A stretch of 64,000 bases of DNA from an uncultured archaeon (lineage in GTDB: Archaea > Altiarchaeota > Altiarchaeia > IMC4 > SCGC-AAA252-I15). The notes under the pieces were generated by a model. The model saw only the letters and a program-made list of their open reading frames with translations, searched no databases and was not told the origin of the DNA. Positions within the stretch are counted from its first letter, which is position 1, and every line of letters starts with the position of its first letter. The DNA lies in assembly GCA_902384455.1 (NCBI GenBank), contig CABMCB010000059.1, forward strand, positions 1 through 64,000, read 5' to 3'. The translations under genes were made by a program, and so were the position numbers. Positions 28,091-38,198 of the stretch are shown here, in pieces.

Positions 28091-28785
28091 TACGTCTGCT
28101 CCATCTCCAAGAAATTAATCGTGACCGTGATTGTATTTGTCGAACCACTAAGATTCGTAATTCTCCAGTAGACCGTGCCGGTCGGACTGGTGTCTTCGTT
28201 CGCTCCTACAATCGGAGGAGAGCACCCGAAGAGAAGGGGAATGCCCGGTTGACCGGTAAGATAGAAGTCCGCGATGACGCCGTTGTCGAGTCCCGGTGTT
28301 GGCGGAACCGATAGCGGCCTCGTCGGCTCAGGCGAGGTGTCTCTCGCTGCCGCCGTCGCGTACAACTGTATTCTGCTAATAGCTGTCGTCTGAACGAACA
28401 CCAGCGTGAATACCGGTGCCATCGTAACCGTTCCGACTTGGCTGTTGCCGTTCGCTAGGTTCGCTGAAAACACGGCGTTGCTCAGGCTGTTCGGTAGACC
28501 GTTGCCCGATGGCGTAACCGTGATAGCTTTCTGCGCGACACCAGCGCTCGCCGCGTTGATTGCGGGGAACGAGCTAGGTGACTGTGGAGAAACACGGAAC
28601 GAACTCAAGCCCGGTCGGTTGTACTGCTTCAGCGTATCCGGAGCGTACTGCAACGGGAGCGGAAGCGGAGCACGCAGATACGGCGACACCTGAGTAGTAG
28701 CGTCGGGTATCTGCGGCTTCATGCCGTCTGGTGTATCAACGGCTTTCCATCCCTTCATCTGAGGGAAGTAATCGCTCAGTGGCAT
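28090..28785 (-). CDS. Hypothetical tail protein
   Basis: Coupled to the nozzle gene; beta-rich C-terminus. Confidence 0.6.
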   Translation of the reverse strand: MPLSDYFPQMKGWKAVDTPDGMKPQIPDATTQVSPYLRAPLPLPLQYAPDTLKQYNRPGLSSFRVSPQSPSSFPAINAASAGVAQKAITVTPSGNGLPNSLSNAVFSANLANGNSQVGTVTMAPVFTLVFVQTTAISRIQLYATAAARDTSPEPTRPLSVPPTPGLDNGVIADFYLTGQPGIPLLFGCSPPIVGANEDTSPTGTVYWRITNLSGSTNTITVTINFLEMEQT

Positions 28786-31700
28786 TAAATCTCCGGCTGC
28801 TGTTCAATAACTCCGAACACGGTCATGGTCAGCGCTTCGTTGGCGATTGCTTCCGCCGGGAAACTGACCTGGACCTGCATGTGCTCCGCCAGCGCGGGAA
28901 CTCCGGCTGCACGGAAGTAATAAGCGTTGCTGTACAGAGTCGCCGGTTGTCCGGTTGCTCCATAGATTTCCCAAGGATATGCTTGTGCGCTTGGGAACGT
29001 CGTGAACGCTCCTGATGTTTCGTTCAACAAGAAGCCAACGGTCGGCGTGGTTCCGACTCTCGTGCAACGTAGGTTGACGAATGTCAGTCCAGCAATCTGA
29101 CCCGGACTTACCAGGTTGAAGCTGCCCATTGTGAATCCGCAAGTGTACGGCGTGCCCTCGTCGGCATAAACCGCACTGTCTCGGAACAGAACGTACGTCG
29201 CTCCGCCCGGGTGTCCGTATAGCAGTCTGTGGTCGCCCTTCGCGACTTCGACTGACTGCACAACACCGAGACCGCCCGTGATGGTTGCGAACGTTGACCA
29301 CACCTGTGTTCCGTTCGGGAACTGAGATGGGTTCAATCGGTACCAGCCTGTTGAGCCGTTGCCGATGTAAATTGCGTTGTCGTTTCCGCGCTCGTGAACC
29401 GTGACGTACACGAGAGTAGAATCAAAGTTCTCAAGCTTGTTCGCGATAGGTCCGCCCATGCGCTGAGCACCGCCGCTCGGGTCCAAGCTGATGAACTGTC
29501 TGTCGGCTGTGAACATGTAAATCACGCCGCCGTGAATGTCTAGCGCCTGGAAGTGAGTCAAGCCCACGCCAGGGACCATCGGTGACGGGAAGAACGTGTC
29601 GAAGATGGGTCCGCCGAGAATACCGTACACGTCTGATGTCGTGAACACCAGAATGCCGGTTGCGGTCGGGACAATCTTGACCACGGGACTCGGGAACTCG
29701 AAAAAGTCCAACGGGTCAAACGACTCGTTAGGATTGCCGGTCAGAACGTCCGGTCCGCCAGAGGCGAACACGAAGTTGCCGACCGCTCCCCAAATGCGTT
29801 CGAAGTGGAACGCCATCGGCAAGAAGCCAGCCGGTGGTGGGTCGTTCTGGTCGTTGATGGGCGCAGAAATCAGTTCGTTAATTACCGTGTCCGGAGAAAC
29901 GTCCGTAACAATCTGCGTCTGCTGGTTTCCGCCAATAGGCTGGATGTTCGGAACTTCCGTTAGGAAGAACAGAGTGCTTCCGCCGTCGAGCGTACGCCAA
30001 ATTGTAATCGTGTCAACCTGCGGGTCAGAAGAACAAGGAATGCGCAGCGTGACCGTTGCTCCCGGGTTTCCACCACGGATTGTTGCCAGCGGTGATGCCG
30101 TTGAAATGTGTCCGGTCAGAGCGCCGTACGGCGTTCCTAGAGGACCCGGCCAATCCGGAGGTGTCGTAGTGTTGTAAATGTCCGTCGCTGTACGGCTGGT
30201 GTAGCTGTACGCGTACGACATGCCCTTGGTCCAAGAAAATCCCGCAGTAGAGAACGGGCCAATCAAAGACCACGTTGCCGCGTTATCCGTTGTCTGCGTG
30301 CCTGCTGCAGAACCGAACGCAGGCCATGCCGGAGCAGAGCCGCCTGACTTACCGGATGCCACGACGCCTTCGACATCGTTGTTGCTGTCGAGAATAATCG
30401 CGCCGCCGTATGAGATAGAGCCGCCCGGTGGGAACCATCCTACTGAAGGAAGGTACCACTGCGTGTTAGCCGCCCATGTCATCTTCGGGCCGACGCATGT
30501 CCACACGACAGAGCCGTCAATCGTTGTCTGGTTGTAGCCTGTTGACCACACGATGCCTGCGGTTGCGGTAGATGAAGAAACTCCACTCTGCGTGCAGACC
30601 TGATAGTTGTTGTTCGAGTCAACGATGACAGAGAACGTTGCGCCTTGCGCGGTCCACTGTGAATAGTTGTGCGTCGTCTGTCGCGTGCCGGAGCCGAGGT
30701 TGAGCCAGATAAGCTGGTTGTCGGTCGTCTGCGTGCCGAGCGTGGTTGACCACGGGGGCGCAGTTCCGCCGGTTCCTGATGTGAAAGAAGAACCGGTGTT
30801 GTTAATCTGCCAGAAGACTGTCTGGTTCGACGGAAGACCGTTGACCAAAGAAACAGGCTCAACGATTCCGGAGAACGAGTTATCTCCGCCGCCTAGCGTC
30901 GTGTACGAGTGAGACGGTGTCCACGGCGGGGGAACCTTCAGTGCTCCAAGGTACCACCACTTAACTGCCGGGGGGCTGTCCTGGTTCGACGGGTCGTGAA
31001 TGTTTCCACCAATCGTGTTAGGAAAGTTCGGATAGCTGCTGCCGCTCGTGCCCTGGTTGTTTCCAGGCGTTGCGGTGAAGAAGCACGCCTTCGTGTTTGG
31101 GTCGTAAATGATGCACGGATTCGCAAGCGTTCCGCCGAGAGAAGCGTTGTTGTAAACCGTGTGCGGAGTCCATGCGACAATCGGACCCCAGTTAGACCAG
31201 TTGTGTCCGCCGTCGTTCGTCAATCCGCCCGGGGTTTGGTTCCATGCGGGTTGTCCGTTTCCGGTTACGCCGTACTGCGTCGTGTTCGTGCCGGTTGCGT
31301 TTACGGATAGCAACTGCTGAATGTTTCCGTTCGAGTCAACCAATAGACCCATGGTTGAGTAAACGGTGTTCGCCTGCCATGGCACGGTCGCAGAAGAACT
31401 CTGCGTGATAGAAAGAGTCGGAGCCACGGTCGGCTTTGCAATGCCCCAGTTCCATACGCCGTTCGTGCCGGTTCCTGCGATGAACTTCTGCAGGTCGATG
31501 CCGTCGCCGTAGTACAGCGTGCTTGCAACGCCCTGGTAGTAGCCCTCGCCTGCGCCTGCAGACTTCGTGAATATCCGCGTGTTCGCGCCGACGTTTGAAA
31601 CGATGTACGAACCGACGAGCGTGTCCGCGATGACGGAGATGGTCGTGTCAAGCTTGCGCCACTCGTAGAACCTGTCAATGGCGTTCGGAATCTGCGCGAA

Positions 31701-31937
31701 GGAATATCTGCTCGTTCCGTATCGACGGATAATCGTCAACTGGTTCGAGATTTCCATGTTGCTGCCGTCTAGCAGCGCGTCAGGATATCCGCCGTATTTT
31801 GAGACGTACCAGGACGCAGGGTCATGCAGCGGGTTTCTGTTTGTGAACAGACCGGTTTCCATTCTCGCGATGTGAATCGGCTTACCGCGAGACGGATTCT
31901 GGTGCTGCGCTCCTGCTGTTTCGAACTGTCCGGCCAT
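28785..31937 (-). CDS. Tail nozzle/stabilization protein with Trp-rich carbohydrate-binding-like repeats
   Basis: 1050 aa; repeated DSN.N...G.SG...P.W...T.D...W units; follows the adaptor genes. Confidence 0.6.
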   Translation of the reverse strand: MAGQFETAGAQHQNPSRGKPIHIARMETGLFTNRNPLHDPASWYVSKYGGYPDALLDGSNMEISNQLTIIRRYGTSRYSFAQIPNAIDRFYEWRKLDTTISVIADTLVGSYIVSNVGANTRIFTKSAGAGEGYYQGVASTLYYGDGIDLQKFIAGTGTNGVWNWGIAKPTVAPTLSITQSSSATVPWQANTVYSTMGLLVDSNGNIQQLLSVNATGTNTTQYGVTGNGQPAWNQTPGGLTNDGGHNWSNWGPIVAWTPHTVYNNASLGGTLANPCIIYDPNTKACFFTATPGNNQGTSGSSYPNFPNTIGGNIHDPSNQDSPPAVKWWYLGALKVPPPWTPSHSYTTLGGGDNSFSGIVEPVSLVNGLPSNQTVFWQINNTGSSFTSGTGGTAPPWSTTLGTQTTDNQLIWLNLGSGTRQTTHNYSQWTAQGATFSVIVDSNNNYQVCTQSGVSSSTATAGIVWSTGYNQTTIDGSVVWTCVGPKMTWAANTQWYLPSVGWFPPGGSISYGGAIILDSNNDVEGVVASGKSGGSAPAWPAFGSAAGTQTTDNAATWSLIGPFSTAGFSWTKGMSYAYSYTSRTATDIYNTTTPPDWPGPLGTPYGALTGHISTASPLATIRGGNPGATVTLRIPCSSDPQVDTITIWRTLDGGSTLFFLTEVPNIQPIGGNQQTQIVTDVSPDTVINELISAPINDQNDPPPAGFLPMAFHFERIWGAVGNFVFASGGPDVLTGNPNESFDPLDFFEFPSPVVKIVPTATGILVFTTSDVYGILGGPIFDTFFPSPMVPGVGLTHFQALDIHGGVIYMFTADRQFISLDPSGGAQRMGGPIANKLENFDSTLVYVTVHERGNDNAIYIGNGSTGWYRLNPSQFPNGTQVWSTFATITGGLGVVQSVEVAKGDHRLLYGHPGGATYVLFRDSAVYADEGTPYTCGFTMGSFNLVSPGQIAGLTFVNLRCTRVGTTPTVGFLLNETSGAFTTFPSAQAYPWEIYGATGQPATLYSNAYYFRAAGVPALAEHMQVQVSFPAEAIANEALTMTVFGVIEQQPEI

Positions 31938-31940
31938 TTC

Positions 31941-32651
31941 TTAGCGTCCGCCTTGTGCTTGCTTGCCCATCTGTGTGCTCATTGCTTGAGACATGAGCGC
32001 TGAGTTATAGTTCATGTAGCTCTGTGCAAAGATAGCCTTGTCCATGTCGGATAGACCACTCTGACGAGCCAACAGACCTGCGATGCCACGTAGGATGTAC
32101 TGACTTGCACGCGGGTCCTGACATGAGTCCATGTAGTAGCCTAGGACCATGTTGTTGTACACGTCTGACATCGTGTCCGGAATCGGTGCCCACGCGTCTG
32201 ACGTTGCTGCGAACTGCACCGCACTCTTCTGATAGACAACTGAGAGCGGATAGTTCTTGTCCGGCACTGCTGAGAATCTTAGCACCGGTCCGGTGCCGTT
32301 CTGTGTTGAGACAACCTGCGGACGGGTCGTTGTGGTTGACTTCGCCAGCGCAGAGTTATTTCTGATGTCCGGAATCTCGTACCAGGTTGAGTTAACCGGG
32401 TCCTGGACCGAAGCCTTCTCAAGGTATCCGAAGTCGGACAGAGTCAGAGTGTAATCCTGCTGCGTTGCTGTAAGCGTCGTCGCCGTGCTCTCCGCACGGT
32501 TGAAGTCCCACACCATCGGCGCAGCGAGAATGACGTTGCGAACGATGTTCGCGATGCCGATAATCGGCATGAGATTCGTGCCCACGCTGGCCGACTGATA
32601 GCGGCAGAATGGCAGAATGTAGTTGATTGTGTCAGACAACAAGTTTGCCAT
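31941..32651 (-). CDS. Head-tail adaptor-like protein
   Basis: Paralog of 33002-34081 (QQDY, VP, QK...PD). Confidence 0.55.
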   Translation of the reverse strand: MANLLSDTINYILPFCRYQSASVGTNLMPIIGIANIVRNVILAAPMVWDFNRAESTATTLTATQQDYTLTLSDFGYLEKASVQDPVNSTWYEIPDIRNNSALAKSTTTTRPQVVSTQNGTGPVLRFSAVPDKNYPLSVVYQKSAVQFAATSDAWAPIPDTMSDVYNNMVLGYYMDSCQDPRASQYILRGIAGLLARQSGLSDMDKAIFAQSYMNYNSALMSQAMSTQMGKQAQGGR

Positions 32652-32999
32652 CTATTTAGACCTTCTAATCCTCTTGTATTCCACAAGAGTTCCCGAAGAC
32701 AGTTCATCAATGACTTGTCTTCTAACATCAGAAGCGTGTTCTCTTTTGTGACAGTTCGCACAAAGAACATCGCACTTCTTTATTTCTTTCTCTAGAGTCT
32801 TTATGGAGTCTCCGTTGTGAAACATCGACGATACGCTTCTTTTCTTGAGTCTAGGGTTTCTGTGATGAAATTCCAAGACGAGAATATCAGGTTCGCCACA
32901 CTTTACGCACGAGTGCGTTGAAAGATATTTCACAACAAAGATAGTATTTCTACGACGCCTCTCCATCTGCGCCGCTCTATCTGTTTTTGAATGACTCAT
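32652..32999 (-). CDS. HNH homing endonuclease
   Basis: CVKCG...LEFHH...EIKKCDVLCANCH; AT-rich. Confidence 0.85.
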   Translation of the reverse strand: MSHSKTDRAAQMERRRRNTIFVVKYLSTHSCVKCGEPDILVLEFHHRNPRLKKRSVSSMFHNGDSIKTLEKEIKKCDVLCANCHKREHASDVRRQVIDELSSGTLVEYKRIRRSK

Positions 33000-33001
33000 T
33001 A

Positions 33002-34081
33002 TCAGCGCCAAGGGTAGTTAAACGGATATGCCGGTCCAACGTACGAGGTGCGTCCTGATGTTCCGCGACCGAAGATTGTCTGCTCCGGAACGAAGCGGTA
33101 CTCTTCTAGCTCGCGGTCTTCCATTGCGCGTAGGTCGTTCAGACTCTTCAGCCAAATCTGGTAGTTCTTATCGAACTTGGCCTGGACCTTGGCATCGCTC
33201 GACCAGCGGTAGCATTGCGCGATGATTCCCTGACGGAAGTACTTCAGGTACTTGTCCGGGAACGGGTCAAACGTCTGCGATAGACTCGTGAACGTGACTG
33301 GTGGTTTCTGCGCAATCAGGTTGAACTGGAACACGACGCCGGTCTGTGAAGGCACCGGGCTGATTCTAATCGCAGTTCCGTATGGGTCAACAACGGTCCA
33401 CTTCACGCTGCCGTCATTCGTCACGGTTCCCGCAGGAGAGTTCGCCATCGGCCATGCTGGCTGAGACGCGCCTGTAGTTCCGTACTGAGTGACCACCTGC
33501 AGGTTTCCGTTGGTGTCTCGAACTTGTGTGATTGGGTTCTTCTGTTGCGTGTTGTTCGCAGTCGGGTCGGTGTAGACCGATAGAGAGCCGGGGTTGTTTC
33601 CGAATGTGGCGTCGATGTCCGAGCCGCCCCAGGTTCCGTAGTACGCCATGTAGTTGTAAATCGTGTTGCAGGTGAACGTCGGCCATGACCAGTTCAGCGG
33701 CTGCAGAATGCTGCCGGTCTGCTGTCCCTGGTGACGTCCGCACTCCGCGTAGCCCCAAGGCTTCGGAAGAGTACTCACGTTCGTTTCTTCTACGACGATT
33801 CCTTCCTGTAGCCACTCGATGTTGAACACGCTGGTGCCATCAGGGTTGATAAGAGCATAGTCCTGCTGCAGACTGTTCGTGTAGAAAATTGGAAGCTTGA
33901 CTTCGTTCCACTTGTGAGGAAATGGAACGCCAACGATGTCTGCGTAAACGTCAGAGCAGATAGTGATGAAAGGTTCAAGCTGATACGCAGCGACGTCGGC
34001 GAGAACAGGCTTCACGTCACCGAGGGTCACGACCTTGTCATACATCTGCAACAGCGTTTGTGTGCTTTGGGAATTAGCCAT
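33002..34081 (-). CDS. Head-tail adaptor-like protein with one Trp-rich repeat
   Basis: Paralogous to 31941-32651; internal DTNGNLQ...PAW...TNDGSVKW. Confidence 0.55.
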   Translation of the reverse strand: MANSQSTQTLLQMYDKVVTLGDVKPVLADVAAYQLEPFITICSDVYADIVGVPFPHKWNEVKLPIFYTNSLQQDYALINPDGTSVFNIEWLQEGIVVEETNVSTLPKPWGYAECGRHQGQQTGSILQPLNWSWPTFTCNTIYNYMAYYGTWGGSDIDATFGNNPGSLSVYTDPTANNTQQKNPITQVRDTNGNLQVVTQYGTTGASQPAWPMANSPAGTVTNDGSVKWTVVDPYGTAIRISPVPSQTGVVFQFNLIAQKPPVTFTSLSQTFDPFPDKYLKYFRQGIIAQCYRWSSDAKVQAKFDKNYQIWLKSLNDLRAMEDRELEEYRFVPEQTIFGRGTSGRTSYVGPAYPFNYPWR

Positions 34082-34238
34082 AGTGGATACTCTGGCTACG
34101 GATGGCGGGACCAACAAGACCCATCATCGTAGTCTTGTGGTTAAGTTGGAAAGTTCAGAGTCAATCTCCTAAGAAAGTGTTCCGCCATTGCATCGGATGG
34201 CGGATATAATCTGCCGTGCCAGATAACCGGTTCGCCGG

Positions 34239-34793
34239 TTAGATTTCGACTGCGCTGCGGCCAACTTTTTCGAAGTCTACCTTCGGTGCCGCTTCGGGAC
34301 TAGCAACAAGTTTTACTTCGGATGATGTCGCGGTGTTGCTACTTTCCGTGACCATCCTGTAGGCGTCCTTCCAACCGATTCCGGTGTGGTTTTCAACCTT
34401 CTTACCTCGGCGCATCAAGAACTCCGGGGTGTCCGTGTTCTTCCACTTCATCTTGCAAATCAAGCAACGGATTGCTGATTCACTGTTGACGAACGTGTGG
34501 AAAGAAACAGCGTAGTCCACCTTCGGACCCTTGAGACCCTTGCCGCCCTTACGGTGAGAACAAATCTTCTGAATATTGATTGTGTCCTGCTCCGCATATT
34601 CGGCGTTCTTCTGCTGCTGCTCGTTGCGTGCCTGAGCCGCCTTTTTCTTCTCTTCTCTTTCGAGTAGAGCTTCCTGGCGTTCGGCTAGAAGCAACTGAAC
34701 TAGCATCTGCAGTGTTGCTGAATCAGACGGCGATGCTGCGTTTACTGCCGCTGAAGTTACTGCCGGGGTACCCGGCTTCTGTTGGTCGCTCAT
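34239..34793 (-). CDS. Hypothetical protein
   Basis: Coiled coil plus CSHRK...CLIC. Confidence 0.65.
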   Translation of the reverse strand: MSDQQKPGTPAVTSAAVNAASPSDSATLQMLVQLLLAERQEALLEREEKKKAAQARNEQQQKNAEYAEQDTINIQKICSHRKGGKGLKGPKVDYAVSFHTFVNSESAIRCLICKMKWKNTDTPEFLMRRGKKVENHTGIGWKDAYRMVTESSNTATSSEVKLVASPEAAPKVDFEKVGRSAVEI

Positions 34794-34867
34794 GTGAGTT
34801 TCCTTGTAAGTCGGGCACGGCCCGGACTTTTGTAGTTTCGGCTAGTTGCCGACGAGAAAAGCAGTTG

Positions 34868-35515
34868 CTATATCTCGGTTTGTTCCAGTTGATGCTGTAG
34901 GTTCCGACGATTTCGAAACCAGTGCATGTTCCGGCGGAATCTGCGGCTGACTTCTCCGTCAACCGGCCTGCCAAAGATTTCATTGGCTCTTGCCTCTGAA
35001 ATGACTCCTTTTTCGACAAGCTGAGACTCGACTGTGCGCCAACCTCGGAACGCCTCTCCAGAAGGCAATCCTCGTTTGTCTAGTCGCAAGACTGACCATT
35101 CGTACATCGCAGGCACTTGGAGGTAGCATACGGGTACGACGTGGTCCGTTCCTGGTTTGAAAGCCCACAAGGCCACTGTCGCCGGTGGGAAACCGTTGTC
35201 AATGGTATAGCACTTGACTCCGTAACGGCGTAGCTTATCGACAAAGTCACGCGTACGAATTGGATTGACCTTCCTTGCTACTTCATTGAGTAGCAGTTCC
35301 TGGTCTTCCATTTTGTACTGGCGTGCCATAATCTCCGACGTTTCACGGTCGGACAGCAACGCTTCCTGAGCCATGCTCTTATAGTCTTTCGGCCACTTGA
35401 CCCAATTGGGGGTCCCACCAGCAAGAAGTTTTTTAATTGTTTCCTGCGTGGTCTTCAAATCATGTCGCCCTTCCCAGGGATTCGACACGTTCTGCAGCGG
35501 CGGCATATTTGCCAT
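34868..35515 (-). CDS. Hypothetical protein
   Basis: AAGGA RBS; directly after the capsid gene. Confidence 0.7.
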   Translation of the reverse strand: MANMPPLQNVSNPWEGRHDLKTTQETIKKLLAGGTPNWVKWPKDYKSMAQEALLSDRETSEIMARQYKMEDQELLLNEVARKVNPIRTRDFVDKLRRYGVKCYTIDNGFPPATVALWAFKPGTDHVVPVCYLQVPAMYEWSVLRLDKRGLPSGEAFRGWRTVESQLVEKGVISEARANEIFGRPVDGEVSRRFRRNMHWFRNRRNLQHQLEQTEI

Positions 35516-35537
35516 AACAGTCCTTTAAGATTGGAAT

Positions 35538-35562
35538 GAGGGGGAGCATCGAACTCCCCCTC
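35538..35562. terminator. GC hairpin after the major capsid gene
   Basis: GAGGGGGAG-catcgaa-CTCCCCCTC; no clear U-tract on the - strand. Confidence 0.5.
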
Positions 35563-35568
35563 GGGTTT

Positions 35569-36597
35569 TTACTGAATTGCAGGAACGCTGTCGATGAAGC
35601 GCATACGCTGCGTGTTTGCGCCGCGTGCAGGCGGTAGAGATACCGTCTGGTGGAATCGGTAAGAGCACCATGAACCGATGGTTCCGACTGGGTCGTATGC
35701 GGATGCCGGAGCATTCTCAACAACCTTACAGTCAATGGTTCTCCAGTCGCCGTCACCAAGGTCGGTGTCGCCCGGAACCTGCTGCCATACGCCAATCAAG
35801 GCGTACTGACCCATCACGTACGTGCGGTAAGCAATCTTACCAGAACCGCTGTAGTTAGCAGTGGTCGTCACGAACGGGGTCTGTCGAAGCACGATGTTGG
35901 TGCCCGGTAGTTCGATGTCCATCTTCTGGTCAGCACCGGCAATCTTATCGAACTTGTCGATGTTGCCAAGCTTCCATAGGTCAACGATGCTGTTGTTCAC
36001 AGTCGTTGCGTTGAAGATGTCGCCAAGAACGTGCGGAGACACAACGCCAGCGAATCGGCCATTGCGGTTTGGCAACACGTTCTTAGAAACAAGCTGCTGC
36101 TTCAAAGAACGGATTGTTGCAAGGTCAATCGTGAACGGCGTAGATAGAAGGGCGTTCTGGTTAACCTGAGAGTCAACCGTTGCCGCGCTATCTGCAACCG
36201 CGCTGTATAGCTCAGAAATGCTCTGTCCAGCCTGGTAGCCTAGTTCGGCTGCGCTGTTTCCAACCAAGTCGTCAAGGGCGGAAGCCACAACGAACGCTGA
36301 GAAGTTCGTGTAGTTGTTCCACTCACCAAGTTGTGCCGGTGCAGAAATCTGCCCGACGAACTCAGGTGAGCCGACAACTCCGTCGCCTGCCTGAGCCGTG
36401 TCACCAGTTAGCGTTGAGTACTGGAAGAACTGACGGTTGATACCGCTGTTGTTCGGTTGTACTCGGCGCTCTGCTGCCACGATGAATGCATCAGTTTCAC
36501 CCTTCAAGTTCGGAATAAGTTCCTTATCGAATAGGATGCTCTGTGCCGTAAGAATATTTCCTACGTTTGCTACTGTTGGGTTCGGTCCACCAGCCAT
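35569..36597 (-). CDS. Major capsid protein (N4 gp56-like family)
   Basis: 342 aa after the scaffold; P.N.G...FF, G.V.PHV..D, DP.G..G.W patterns. Confidence 0.8.
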   Translation of the reverse strand: MAGGPNPTVANVGNILTAQSILFDKELIPNLKGETDAFIVAAERRVQPNNSGINRQFFQYSTLTGDTAQAGDGVVGSPEFVGQISAPAQLGEWNNYTNFSAFVVASALDDLVGNSAAELGYQAGQSISELYSAVADSAATVDSQVNQNALLSTPFTIDLATIRSLKQQLVSKNVLPNRNGRFAGVVSPHVLGDIFNATTVNNSIVDLWKLGNIDKFDKIAGADQKMDIELPGTNIVLRQTPFVTTTANYSGSGKIAYRTYVMGQYALIGVWQQVPGDTDLGDGDWRTIDCKVVENAPASAYDPVGTIGSWCSYRFHQTVSLPPARGANTQRMRFIDSVPAIQ

Positions 36598-36645
36598 GGT
36601 GTGCCTCTGTGTGCACTGAAAGTCAGCTTATAGCGCTGCTTTAGC

Positions 36646-37827
36646 TTACCGTCCGCGTCGTAGGTTGGCTTCGGTGGTTACGCGAACAATTTCATCGCGT
36701 AGCGGAGAACGCATTTTCTCTCGCATCGTTTTGCCATCCCATGACAGGATTTCTTCTATCGTCAAGCCTTTTTTCGTTGGTGCCGGACGTGAAGCAGATG
36801 ATGCTCCAGGTACGAGACCGCCGTTGACTCCCGGTCGTGGCTGCGCCGGAGCCGGATTTGCCGGTGGCGCTGCTGGTGCCGTCACAGTCGGAGCCGGTTG
36901 CACAACCGGTGCCGCTGCAATCGTTGCTACTGGTGCCGGTGCCGGAGCCGGATTAGCCGGGGGCGTCGTTACCACTGGCGCTGCAACTGGAGCCAGTTCG
37001 TGTTCCAAAGCGTGTAAAGCAATTTCCAAGTTGTCTGTCGTCCACGCCAGTTGATTGTCCTGGATGTACTGTGCCATCAAAAGCACGTTCGCTTGGCAAT
37101 TGTTAAAGTCGTGTTGGTGAGCACCAAGAAAATCTTGGCTCACCTTGTTCTGCCGGTCATACTCTTTCTGCTCGGCATTCTTCGCTTCATACTCAGCGCG
37201 GACCTTGGCTTCTTTCGCCGCGTCCATCTTCTTATATGCTGCGAGCGCTACGTTCGGGTCATCAGACTTCAGGTCCTTGACCAAAGCTAGCAGTTCGGCG
37301 TCAGAGACTTGTCCGGGGACGGGAGCGGGAGCAACGTTCACTTCTTTCACGCTCTGAACCTTCTGAGCCTTCAGACGGTGGAATGCACGAGTCGCCTGAA
37401 TGTGCGCTTCCTTCATCTTGTCAATGATTTCTTCTTGAGAATACGCCTCAAGGTGCGTCGGTCGGCCAATCGGGTTACCTTTTTCATCGGTAGCCTGATA
37501 CTCGACCACAATCTTTTTCTTGGCGCGTTCTGCTGCGGCTGCTTCTGCCGAAGCACGTAGCGTTTCCGCTGCTACAGCTTCTGCGGCCAGCCGGTCAGCC
37601 TCGGCCTTGGCAGCTAGTTCTTCCGCTGTCGGCTCGATGACTGGCTCAACCACTGGTTCTTCCGCCGTCTTTTCCTGTTCAACGGCCAACGCTTGAACTT
37701 CTGCGAACGGGCGTGACAGAATGGCCTTGCTGATAGCTTCCCGGTTTTCGGGAACTGCCATCTGGCGCTTCATTTCCGCGCCGGTCCAGGACTTGATTAC
37801 ATCCCAGGTGATTTCTGCTGCGTTCAT
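36646..37827 (-). CDS. Capsid scaffolding-like protein
   Basis: Glu/Ala- and Pro/Ala-rich; between portal and capsid; terminal repeat I.SW.G..M. Confidence 0.65.
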   Translation of the reverse strand: MNAAEITWDVIKSWTGAEMKRQMAVPENREAISKAILSRPFAEVQALAVEQEKTAEEPVVEPVIEPTAEELAAKAEADRLAAEAVAAETLRASAEAAAAERAKKKIVVEYQATDEKGNPIGRPTHLEAYSQEEIIDKMKEAHIQATRAFHRLKAQKVQSVKEVNVAPAPVPGQVSDAELLALVKDLKSDDPNVALAAYKKMDAAKEAKVRAEYEAKNAEQKEYDRQNKVSQDFLGAHQHDFNNCQANVLLMAQYIQDNQLAWTTDNLEIALHALEHELAPVAAPVVTTPPANPAPAPAPVATIAAAPVVQPAPTVTAPAAPPANPAPAQPRPGVNGGLVPGASSASRPAPTKKGLTIEEILSWDGKTMREKMRSPLRDEIVRVTTEANLRRGR

Positions 37828-38186
37828 GACTTATTCCTTTGCACCGTACTCGTGTCGTACAGCGGCTTGATAATTGGATTGACTTTCGGCTTCTCTTCTT
37901 TTGCTTCCTCTTCAACCGCTGCCAGCGCTTTCGCGTGGTAAGCGACTGACATCAGAATCAAGAGAGAAAATTCGTTACGCTCTCGCGAGCGAAGTTGCAG
38001 GGCCTTGACCTTCTGGTCGTAGCCCTGCTCTGTGGGGTCGGCTGCAAGCAGGTCCTTTGTTGCTTGGCTGCATGCTGCCATGTGAAGTTCTTCCACTACG
38101 AGCCAACCCGGCATCGCCATCATTGCTGTTAGCGCAGCCTGCTTCTGTGGAGTTAGTTCATTGTGTAGTAGTGGTTTTGCCTTCAT
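37824..38186 (-). CDS. Small protein downstream of the portal
   Basis: PGW motif; typical position. Confidence 0.6.
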   Translation of the reverse strand: MKAKPLLHNELTPQKQAALTAMMAMPGWLVVEELHMAACSQATKDLLAADPTEQGYDQKVKALQLRSRERNEFSLLILMSVAYHAKALAAVEEEAKEEKPKVNPIIKPLYDTSTVQRNKS

Positions 38187-38198
38187 ATTGTTCCTTTC

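Noticed and set aside
725-33011. Group I introns around the homing endonuclease genes
   Set aside because: The endonuclease ORFs abut or overlap complete neighbouring genes, leaving no room for intron cores, and no split host gene is evident.
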